A stretch of 64,000 nucleotides of DNA, taken from NCBI GenBank assembly GCA_024679065.1, contig JAGIQG010000019.1, positions 16,058,001-16,122,000 on the forward strand, read 5' to 3'. Both the position numbers and the translations under genes were made by a program. Position 1 is the first letter of the stretch. Each line of letters starts with the position of its first letter. Source of the stretch: Sphyrna mokarran. Its lineage: Eukaryota. Shown one piece after another: positions 42,101 to 54,100 of the stretch. Below the pieces are notes generated by a model. That model saw only the letters and a program-made list of their open reading frames with translations, did not search any database and was not told where the DNA came from.

Positions 42101-45100
42101 AAGAGAGATGTTGTTGGTGCATCATTGCAGTATTTTCAGTGCATTCAGATGGAAGATTTTGAATGTGTATCACTTGAATTGTTCCGTATTGCTTTTGGTC
42201 AGCATCTTCTTGTTTGAACGTGCTTGTTTTTGCTTTGTGCTGCAAGTGAAATGTTCAACAGATAGGAATTAGTGATGGGTTTATTTCAATTTTTGTACAC
42301 ATTTGCTTCTCAGTGCAGAAACTGTAAAGACATGCACGTTGGTGTTTCACTTGCCTGCTAATAGATGCATATTCATGCTGAAACTGAAGGAGCTTTTCAT
42401 GAATAGAATTTGGAATAATAAATGCCACCTGATAGAAAAGATGTCTTGCATTATGGAGTATAATGTTTAAAAGTGGGCAGTGTTATTGAATATGATTATT
42501 GATTATAATGTAGGTTGTGCCTGTGATATCCATGAATGGCAGCATTTATGAATTTAAAAAGATAATGAGGCAGACTGTCCAAACTTTAATGAGCACCGGA
42601 AGATCCTGGTTTTGACATTCTACATTGCTATTTTGGGAGCATATACTGAAATTTAATATTAAACACATTTTCATTTGCATTTTGAAGAGCTAGGATTTTG
42701 GTGCTGTTGATTTTAGATCGCTAAATGCATTTACTTCTATGAACGATGATTGTTAAGGCATCTGGAGATTTGAGATGTACAATAATGCATGGTTTGTCTG
42801 TGACCAAAAAGCCTACTGGAAAGTTCCTCATTTATAGCCTTGCAGAATGACAGAACCTTCTGATTCGGCAGTATGATAGACCTTGCTGGCGAAATTTATG
42901 TGCAGATGGACAGACATAATTATTCCTTCCAACAGAATAAATTCACAGCAATAAATTTCAATATTGTAATGAATTCCTGATCAGAAATGTCATTTGTTCA
43001 GTTGGATTTTTGAAAGACAAACTGTATTCTTTGGAAACGAGTGATTTAGTCAGCTTTTTCACTTTTTACTGGCAAATAACTTCCAAATCATTTTCTGAAA
43101 TTTAATGCTCCATTTGCTGACTCCATGTTGAAATTTTTGTAATTACCTGAAAAGTAGCTGATTTTTGTCGACATGTTGGTTGAGGAGCTGTTCTGAATGA
43201 TAAGTGCTGTATTTGTGGAACGGAATGATTAATTTTCTAGTTTGCCTATGGATATTTTCCTTTTTCCTTCATGAAGTGAAACCATTTGTCCCTCAAGGCT
43301 TTGACTGACATAATGATGTGAAGATGAACAAAAAATCTTGGGAAATTGTGAAGGAATCATTGATGATCTCTGAGATAGTTTATGGGTCATGTTTGATCCT
43401 GATTGAAGTGCAAGGAATTCCTGGTTAAGAATTTGACTGTGATAGTGATTTTATTGGAAATGAATTGCAGTAGCAGTGAATAAATGCTCTCTCCAAATGT
43501 CTGTGCTGTTTAGGGCCAGCGAGAACTGCAGGAACTGGAGGACCAACCACTTCAGAGACCACCATCAGTGGTGAGTTTTAGTTTATTGTACTCACTACAT
43601 GAAATTAATTTGTGTGCTTCACGGACTCATCTTGTTTCATCTTATCTCTGCTCCCCAGGCCCAATGGGAATGACTGTGACGGGTACACTTCCCGTTTCTG
43701 AGAGCAGAATTACTGGTGAGTAGAGCTTCTTTCATGTTAAAAAATGCTGTTAGTTTTGTGCTATTTGTGTTTTTTAACTCTACGATAGGTCTATAGTTAC
43801 ATTGGAGCTGCACCAGGGAACAGGACAGTCACTCAGATAATTTCTGAACTTGTGATTAACAATGATTGAATGTATTCTCAGAGCCATGCAATGTTTGCAA
43901 TGCAAACAGGCAAGGGATACGTTATTGGTGTGCCATTACAGTTCACTGTATTTTCAGTCCATTCAGATGGAAGGTTTTGAATGTGTACCTGTTGAGTTAT
44001 TTCATATTGCATTTGATGAGCATCTTCTTGTTTGAAAGTGCTTGTTTTTGCTTTGTGCTGAATGTGAAATGTTCAACAGATAAGAATTAGTGGTTGCTTT
44101 ATTTCAGTTTTTGTACACATTTGCTCCTCAGTGCAGAAACTGTAAAGACATGCATGTTGGTGTTTCACTTGCCTGCTAATAGATGCATATTCATGTTGAC
44201 ACTAAGGAGCTTTCCACTGAATGGAAATTGGAATAACAAATGCTACCTGATAGAGTAGATGACTTGCATTATCAATTATGATGTTTGAAAGAGAGCAGTG
44301 TATTTGAATAAGATAATTGATCACAATGTAAATTGTGTCTGTAAAGTCTGCTTGAGACAATGAATGGCAGCATTTATGAATTTAAAAAGATAGTAAGTAA
44401 TAAGTCATACTGTCCAAACTTTAATGAGCAGTGGAAGATTGTGGCTTTGACTTTATGCCTTGCTGTTTTGGAAGCATATATTGAAGTATGAAATTTAACA
44501 TATTTTCATTTCCATTTTGAAGAGCTAGGATTTTGTTGCTATTGATTTTAGATCGCTAAATGCATTTATTCACATGAACGATGGTTGGTAAGACATCTGG
44601 AGATTTGAGATGCACAATAATGCATGGTTTATCAGTGACTGAAAAGTCTACTGGAAAGCCCTTATTTGTAGCCTTGCAGAAGGACAGGATCTTTTATTTA
44701 ATTTGGCAGTATGCTTGTGAAATTTATATGCAGATAGACAGACACAACTATTCCTTCCAGCAGAATAAATTTAAAGCAGTGAATTTGAATATCATAATGA
44801 ATTCCTGATCAGAAATGCCACTTGTTTAGTGGGATTTTGGAAAGATGCACTTTATTCTTTGGAAAACAAATGATTTAGTCAACTTTGGAATTTCACCTTT
44901 AATGGCAAATAACATCCAAATCATTTTGGGCAAATTTAATGCTATATTTGCTGAGTTCATGTTGATTTATTTTGTAATTATAATTTGTAATTTTGAAAAG
45001 TAGCTGGTTTTTGAAAGCAACTTGGTCGAGTAACTGTTCTGAATTGTTAGCGCTGCATTTGTGGAAGGGAATGATTAACTTTGTAGTTAGTGAACGGATA

Positions 45101-48100
45101 TTTTCCTTTTTTCCTTCCCAATGTGGAGCCATTTGCCACTTGAGGTTTTGAACGACAGAATGATGCTGAGATGAATAAAAAGTCTTGGGTAAAGTTGCAG
45201 CAGTAATGAATAAATATTGTGTACAAATTCTGCTTCTCTTTAGGGCCGACACCATTCAGAGGAATTGGAAGACCTACAACTTCAGAGACTACTGTCACTG
45301 GTGAGTATTTTTTTGGCATCTTTGTCACGAGAAATTAATATATTTGATGGGTAGATTAATACTTTTTTCGAATTTGCTCCACTCCTTAGGGCCAACAGCA
45401 AAGACTTCATCAGGTGCCCCAATTGTTCCTGAGACAGCAATTACTGGTGAGTAGATCTTCTTACACATTAGAAACTCATTAATTTTGAGCTATTTGTAAA
45501 TTAATGCTCTGCAGCATTTTTTCTCTTACCTTAGACCAGCATTAAATACAATGATAGTAAATCCTGTTGTTTCTGAAACGAAGAGTAATGATGTATGTAT
45601 TCATTCACATTGTCACAATAATATTTCAAAACCTTGAATAATTTAGCTTTCACAAGCAAACAACATTTGGAACTTGTGAAATTTAATATTGTGTTGCTGA
45701 GAGCAAGTCAATTATATTGTTATTCCTTCAGGTAACATGCCTGAGAAATTGTTTTAAGGGAAACCTCAGAATTTGAGTGAGAGTATTATTGCTGAACTGC
45801 GCGATAGTTTATGGGTCAGGTTTGATATTTACTGAGGCGCAAGCAATACCTGGTTAAGAATTTGTGTCAGATATTTAATGCTTGGAAATGAATTGCAGTA
45901 GTAGTGAATAAATACTCTGTCCAAATGTCTGTGTTGTTTAGGGCCAACAAGAACTGCAGGAACTGAAGGACCAATCACTTCAGAGACCACCGTCATGGGT
46001 GAGTTTCGGTTTTATCGTGCGTGCCACATCCAATTAATTTGTGTGCTTTGTGGACTAATGTTGTTTCATCTTATCCCTGCCTCCATCAAGGCCAATGGCA
46101 CGAATGACATGTGACAGCGTACGCTTTACCTGTTTCTGTGTCGAAGCAAAATTTATTGGTGGAGCGGAGCTTCTTCATGTTATAAGCTGCTTGTTCGTTT
46201 TGTGCTACTGTGGATTTTAACTTACACCCTAAAGGGCTATCAGGTACATGGACCTGTCAGCGAGAGGCAGTAAAATGCAGATTACAATTCGAGTTTCGGA
46301 AAACTAACAAGGAGTGAATGTAAATTTCCTGTGTCCCCATAGATAGTTTGCACTGCCAAGATGTACCAGGCAAGGGTGTTGTTGCAGTCCACTGTATTTT
46401 CAGTCCTTTCACAAGGAATGGGGTGGACGTACTCAGTTGAGATTGTTCCAATATGGCTTATCTGATAAGACATCGTAGGTTGAATGTGCTTAGTTATCTG
46501 CTTTTTTTTGATTTATAGTTTTCTGATGGGAAATTATGACGGGCAAACAGATCAGAAAGTAGTGCCTACCTGATAAAGAGTAGAGGTCTTGCATTTTACA
46601 ATTCTGATGTTTGCCAGAAGAGGACAGTAGTATTGGAATTGATTATGATTTATAAATGAGATTATGTCTCGTGAAGTCTGCATGAAATCATTAATGGTAG
46701 CATTTATGAATTTAAAAAGAATGTAATAAAGCAGACTGTCCATCTTTAATGAGCTCTGGAAGATGTTTTTGAAATTCTGCATTGCTGTTTTGAAAGCGTA
46801 TATTGAAATTTAAATTTGCAATTTGAAGAACTAAGATTTTGGTGCTGCTGATTTTAGATTGCTAAATCCATTTATTTGCATGAATGATAATTGGTAAGGC
46901 ATCCAGAGATTGGAGATGTACAGTAATGCCTGGTCTGTCTGTGATTGAAAAACTTACTGAAAAGCACTTCATTTGTAAACTTGTAGAATGACAGAGTCTT
47001 TTATACTGATTCAGCAGTATGATAGATCTTGCAATTGTATGCAATTTATATGCAGACACACAGACATAATTATTCCTTCCAACAGAATAAATTCAAAGCA
47101 GTAAATTTCTATATTATAATGAATTCCTGATCGGAAATGGCACTTGTTCCGTGAGATTTTTGAATGACACCCTTTATGGGAAATAAATGATTTAATCACC
47201 TTTAAAATTTAACTTTTACTGACAAACGATGTCCAAATAATTTTGAGAAAATCTAAAGCCACATTTGCTGACACCACATTGAATTTTTTGTAATTGCCTG
47301 AAAAGTAGCTGATTTTTGAAAGCAACTTTGTCAAGCAACAGTTCCAACTGGTAAGTGCTGCATTTGTGGTAGGGAGTGATTTAATTTTGTAGTTTGCATA
47401 TGGATGTCTTCCTTTTTCCTTCGCAATGTGGAATCATTTGAGGCTTTGACTGACAGAATGATAATGTCTAAAACACGTCTTGGGAAACAATTGCAGTATA
47501 ATTAATAAATATTCTGTACAAATTCCTCTTCTTTTTAGGACCGACACTAATGGCAGGAACTGGAAGACCTACAATTACAGAGACTACCGTTAGTGGTGAG
47601 TATTGCTTCTAGTTGCCTGAAATTAATTTATTTGCTTAGTTGATATTGTTTCAAATTTGCTCCACTACATAGGACCAACAGCAATGACTGCATCAGGTGT
47701 CCCAACTGTTCCCAAGACAGCAATTACTGGTGAGTAGTTCTCCTTGCACATCAAAACATGGTATTCATGTTGAGCAATATGTGATTTAATAGTCTGCAGC
47801 ATTTTTTTCTGTTACCTTAGACCAGCACCAACTCGGATGATAGTAACTGCCATTGTTTCTGAAATGAAAAGTCAAGATGGGTGTATTTATTTGCACAGTT
47901 GCATGTAATTTGTTCTATATTAGTGTACTGGTCAACGATCTTTTTGTTGGCCTGATTGAACTTGACAATGTTTTCAGTCCATTGACATGGAAGTATCCAA
48001 ATGAGTCTCACTTGTGTTGTATAACTTTGCTTTAGCAAGTATTTTCTTGGCTAAATGTGATTTTTTTTGTCCTGTTGTGTTGATAATGCTCTCTGATAGG

Positions 48101-51100
48101 AACTTGCTCAACTGATAGCAATTAGTAAATGCTTGTTTTCTCCTCTTTACCATATAATTGCCTATATAGAAAACATTAAGCACAACCTTGTTGGTGTTTG
48201 AAATATTTTACTGTACATTGATGAAACTTTATGTTGAAATTGATAGAGCTTTTAATTGAAGTAGTATTTGGAAAGTGAACATTAGCTGAAATAGGACAAG
48301 TCTGGCCTATTGAACAATTGAACATGCAGGTGAAAATAGTGCTAGTGAATAAATTTATTGATTACAATGTAAACCACTTCAAGTACCACTGTCTCCTGTT
48401 TTGACAGAATTGTTGGCAAAATCTTAACATTAAAGGAAAATGCTGATAGGAAAGGCTGTCCTAAGCTTATTGAGCAATAGAGAATCCGGGATTTAAATGT
48501 CTGTGTCTGCTTTGGAAGGACATACTGAAATTGAAAGTCTGTTTATTTGAATCATGCAATTTGTTTGCATTTTGGACACCTAGGAAATTCCTGCCATTCT
48601 TTTCAGAATTCATATCCATTTATTTGCATGAATGATGATAGATAAAGCACATTGAGGAATACGACAATGCTTCTTTCTTCTGAAAATAAAGGATCAGGAT
48701 CGAACGTATCTAAGTTTTAGAATGCCAAAATCAATATAGGGCTCGATTTTACCAATGCATTGTATCCATTTTCGGGTATGAATATTTGGTAAAGTTGGGT
48801 GTGAAGTGAGTAGTGCAATCCCACCTCCATGACGGTTCTCCCTTTACCAAGGCCTGAACATGGTTGCGATCAGGATCGTGCCCAAAAGAGACACAATTGC
48901 TATTTAAATGCATTTGCATGCATTTAGATTGAATTAATGGGCTGCATACCTAACTTTACCAGTAGTTCCCCCTTTTACCGCAGCGTTCACTCATCCGGAA
49001 TTTGTGTGAAACAGACATGCTCCATTTAAGTCTGATTTGAGCACTTCAGCATTGAGGGTTAGTGAGGAGTAAGTGCCTAGTGTCCAACGATTCTTTGCTT
49101 GATATCAGTGAATCCACTATGTTTGCGAAAAGTGGAGGTAAATTGGGGTCTGCTGCCATTCTGCCCGAGATCAGCGATGGGGCAGGGGAGAAAAAGGGGT
49201 GGTGTTGTCAGGGAGAGGCCGGTGATTGATCTGGATAGCAAAGTGGGTGAGAGGGTTAAGAGCATCAATAACGTTGAGGGTGGGGCAATATCTGTGGAGA
49301 TGGCGGAGGCATTATCTGGCCTAGGAGCGATGTGGCAGTGGAGCAGCATTCTTTCACATTTTTTCTAAGCATGCGCACTTGGAGGCACTGAACCAAGCTG
49401 CAGGATTTTAATCGCATCATACACCGCCCACAGGCTTCTGCACCGCAATTTGAACTTGCTGATACTTTTGCAGGAAGTGTGTGTATGGGGGTGCCTCAGA
49501 ACGGATCTAAAAGTTGGATCTGAAATACTCTCAGTTTCAAGTCCCCCCAGCACTTAGAATCAAAATGATAAAATAGGGCGCATAGCCTTTTTTTGATTCT
49601 GGAATATTACGGCTCTTAAATATGAAATTTATAGAAAAATATACAACATAATTGCTTCAAAGGGAATGAAAGCAAAGTGCAGATAATGCGACTTTTTGAG
49701 TGAGAATTTGAATACACATTTTACTGTTTCAATGATGAATCATTTTTGGAACCTTTAAAAATTAGCTTTCAACAGCAAACCACATCTCAAACTTGTTGAA
49801 ATTTAATGTTGTCTATGATATTGTTTTTCCTTTTGATGACATGGCTGAGGAACTGTTCTGAAGGGAAACCTCAGAATTCGAGTGAGGGAATTATTGCTGA
49901 TATTCTAGATTGATTAAGGATCCTTTTTGTTCTTACTATTGTGCAAGCAATTCCTTGTTCAGAATTTGATTATGGAGCTTATAAATAAACATTTCCTTGG
50001 AAATGAATTGCAGTAGTAGTGAATAAATACTTTGTCCAAATTTCTGTGCTGTTTAGGGCCAGCAAGAACTGCAGGAACTGGAGGACTAACAACTTCAGAG
50101 ACCACCGTCAGTGGTGAGTTTTGGTTTTATTGTATTCACCAGATGAAATTAGTTTGTATTCTTCACTAACTCGTATATGGTTTGATATTATCTTTGCTTC
50201 CTAGGACCAACAGCAATGACTGTCACAGGTACACTTCCTGTTTCTGAGAGCAGAATCACTGGTGAGCAGAACTACTTCATGCTATAAGCTGCTGTTAGTG
50301 TTGTGCTATTTGTGACTTTTAACTCTTCCATGTGTCTGCAGTTAAACCAGGTCCACACCGGATAGCAGTACAGTTATTCAGTTTCTGAAACTGTGATTAA
50401 CAACGATTGAATGTATTCTCAGTGCCATATGATGTTTGTGCTGCCAAGGTGTCCCAGACAAGGGACATGTTGGTGTATCATTGCAGTTCACTGTATTTTC
50501 AGTGCATTCAGATGGAAGGGTATAAATGTGAGGTATTTATTGTTGAACAATGTGATTGTTCCATATTGCTTTTGGGAAGTGTCTTCTTGTGCTTCTTTCT
50601 ACTTTGTACTGGTAATATTTTTTGATGGGAAAAGTTTCAACAGATAGGATTGACACTCAATCCGTAATTTAAGCATTTAAGTCTTATATCTCAATTTAGA
50701 AACTGTAAGCTCTGGCATGTTGTTGATTTACTTGTATAACTGCTATTTGATGCATGTTTATGTTGAGACTGAAAGAACTATTCAGAAAACAGGAGCTGGA
50801 ATATTAACTGTTGTTTGATTTAGTAGATGTCTGACGTTATCAGTTAAAACATTTAAAGAGGACAGTGTTTTGAATAAGATTATTGATTATAATGCTGGCT
50901 GCCCGACATGTTCCTGTTGGCAGCTTGAAAATATGAATGGAAGCATACTTGTTTTTAAAAATATAGTAACAAACAAAACTGTCCAACCTGTAATGAGCAA
51001 TGGAAAATCCTGCATTTATTTTTTTGTAGCCTACATTGATATTTGAATTCTATTTATTTGTATCTTGTGTTTGAATTCTGAGATCTAGGAAATTGCTGCC

Positions 51101-54100
51101 ATTCATTTTAGAAGTTATATCCATTTATTTGCACGAATTATGATGGGTGAGAAGACTGGCATTTTGATGAGTATAAGAATAGAACATAGAACAATACAGC
51201 AAAAACAGGCCCTTTGGCCCACGAGTTGCTCCGATCACATCTACCAATCCACAGACCTATCTATAACCCCCTATCCTAGTCGTTTCCATGTACTCATCCA
51301 GAAGTCTTTTAAAAGACCCCAGCAAGTTTGCCTCAACAACCTCCGACAGCAGCCGATTCCATTCACAATGTCTGTTAATTCTGAGAGTGAAAGGTCAGCC
51401 TTTAAAGTACCTAATTTGTACAGTGCAGAAATCAAATATAGTCTTTTCTTTTGATTCTGGTATATTATGGTCCTGAAATCTGAAATGTCTTCATGGAAAA
51501 ACATATGAAATATTCCCTTCAAAAGAGGTGAATGCAAAGTGCAGGCTATCAAGAAATTAATACATAAAATGTGACTTTTTCAGGGAGAAATTTGAGAGTA
51601 CATTTTATTGATTTGAAGATTAATCATTTTGAGGAAACTTTAAAATGAGCTTTCACAAGCAAACAACATCTGTAACTTGCTGAGAAATTTATCATTCAGT
51701 TTGCTGACAGTAGTTCAATTCTGCTGCAAATTTGGCTAACACAATGATGCTTAAAACTGAACATTTCCTTGGGAATGAATTGCAGTCGTGGTGAATAAAT
51801 GTCCTGTACCAATTTCTGTGCTGTTTAGGGCCAACAACACCTGCAGGAACTGGCGGACCAACAACTTCAGAGACCACCATCAGTGGTAAGTATTGGTTTT
51901 ATCGTACTTGCCACATCAAACTAATGTGTGTACTTCGTGGCCTAATATTGATTGATGTTATCTCTGCTCCCTAGGACCGACAGCAATGACTGTGACAGGT
52001 ACTCTTTCTATTTCAGAGAGCAGAATTACTGGTGAGCAGAGCTTCTTACACATTAAAAGCTGCTGTAAATTTTGTGCTCTTCATGATTTTTAACTCTACC
52101 ATTTGTCTGCGGTTGCCTTGTGTTTTGGAGCAGAAAGGCATAGGACTGGACTGGGCATAGCAAAATGTCTCACGACACCTGGTTAAAGTCCATAAGGTTT
52201 ATTTGCTATCACGAGCTTTTGGAGCACTGTTCCTTCACCTCAAAATAAAGAGTCCTTTATATTGATTCAGCAGCATGATAGACCTTGGTGATGAAATTTA
52301 TATGCAGACAGACAGACATAATTATTCTCCCCAGCAAAATAAGTTCAAAACTGTAACTTTCAATATCATAATGAATTCCTGATAGGAAATTCAGTGGAAT
52401 TTTTGAATGGCACACGGTACTCTTCAGAAATAAATTATTTAGTCATCTTTAAAATTTAACTTTTACTGGCAAATAACATCAAAATCATTTTGAGAAAGGT
52501 TAATGCCACATTTGTTGACAGCATGGGCCTGATTTTACCATCAAGTTGGGCCCATTTTCAAGCGCAAAAACTTAGTAAAGTCGGACCTGATAATCCATGA
52601 CCGCCTCCGCATCTATCCCCCCTTTAGCAATGGCCTAAAATGGCCGCCGTTGGCACCATGCCTGAAACGGGTGTGATATCAGTTTGAATGCATTTGCATG
52701 TATTTAAATTGACATAATGGACTGGACGCCAAACTTAATAGCATTTCCCTCTTTACCACCACATTTACCCGTCCAGATTTGGCCCAAAACAAACATTGGT
52801 CTGCAAAGGTCCAATTCCGGCACATCAGCTTCTGAGGAGGTTAGTTCAGCGCTTCTGGCAGATCTTTAACTCAGATAGTGGTGGAGGTGGAAGGGAAGGG
52901 GATGGAGGTGGGTTGGCTCCCTGGTAAGTTGGGGGGGGTGGGTGAGAAATGGAAGTGGGTCAGATCGCCTTCTGGTGGGGGGGAGGGAGAAGGGAGGCAG
53001 GTCAGATGGGTCTCTGATGATGGGTGAGGGCAGGGGGTGTCCATTGCCACTCTGCGTGGGATTGGTGGGGAGAAGGGGATTCGCTGCCATTCTGCATGCT
53101 ATTGGTGGGAGGGAAAATGTAAAGGGGGTGGATCTGTTGCCATTCTGCGTGTGATCCGTGGGAGGCAGGAGGAGGGCAGGTGGCCATGATCAGCCTGAGT
53201 AGCGGGAGCAGGGCTAGGGGTTTAAGGGTGTGGGACAATGTCTATGAGTGCTAGGGGAGACATTATTGGGCTGAGGAGTGATGTGGTAGGGGAGCGCTTT
53301 TCTTTTTTCTTTACTGTATATGTGCCGTTGAAAGCTCTGTTCAGAGCAGCAGTGTTTCAGGCATGTTAAGCCTATCCACATGCTTCTGCAGCACAATTCA
53401 GAATCGCTGTTTTTTTTTTCAGGCAGAGTGCATATTTGTGCGCCAGACAATGGTCGAAAAGTCAGATCTGAAACACTCCCAGATTCACCACTTAGAATCA
53501 AAAAGATAAAATCAGGTCCCATGTTGAAAATTTTGTAACTACCTGAAAAGTAGCTGGATCGAGGAGCTGTTCTGAATGGCAAGCACTGATTTGTGGAAGG
53601 GAATGATTAACTTTGTACTTGGCGTATGAATATTTTCCTTTTTCCTTACAATGTAAAATCTTTTGCCACATGAGGCTTTGACTGACATAACGATACTAAG
53701 ATGAACAAAAAATCTTGGGAAATAATTGCAGCAGTAATGAATAAATATTCGTACAAATTCTGCTTCTCTTCAGGGCCAACACCATTCACAGGAACTGGAA
53801 GACCTACAACTTCAGAGACTACTGTCACTGGTGAGTATTGTTTTTGGCATCCTCATCACCTGAAATTAATTTATTTGATTGGTAGATTAATATTGTTTCA
53901 AATTTGCTTGATTACATAGGGCCGACGGTAATGACTCCATCAGGTGTACCAGCTATTCCCGAGACAGCAATTACTGGTGTGTAGATCTCCTTACACATTA
54001 TAACCTGACGTTCATGTTGAGCAATTTGTGATTTAATACTCTGAAGCATTTTTTCTGTTGCCATGGACCAGCACCAACTTGGATGATTAGTAATTTCTAC

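Larger units (their letters stand above)
16960..46080 (+). repeat. ~11.14-kb higher-order tandem repeat, ~2.6 near-identical copies
   Basis: Equivalent exons at 17082/28217/39359, 18722/29857/40999, 21225/32372/43514 and 22951/34098/45244; the ORF track repeats at the same offsets. Confidence 0.95.

Noticed and set aside
9979-44090. Recurrent 60-120 aa ORFs (MNVFSV..., MIECIL..., MVGKTS..., MTKMPK..., MLQSIK...) as a small-protein gene family
   Set aside because: They recur only because the intron sequence is duplicated. Frames and stops differ between diverged units, many start at non-ATG codons, and no domain is recognisable.
47821-47880. E pseudo-exon with an apparently regained AG and a downstream GT (60 nt)
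   Set aside because: The AG is shifted by one base, so the phase-1 reading hits TGA (GAC CAG CAC CAA CTC GGA TGA).
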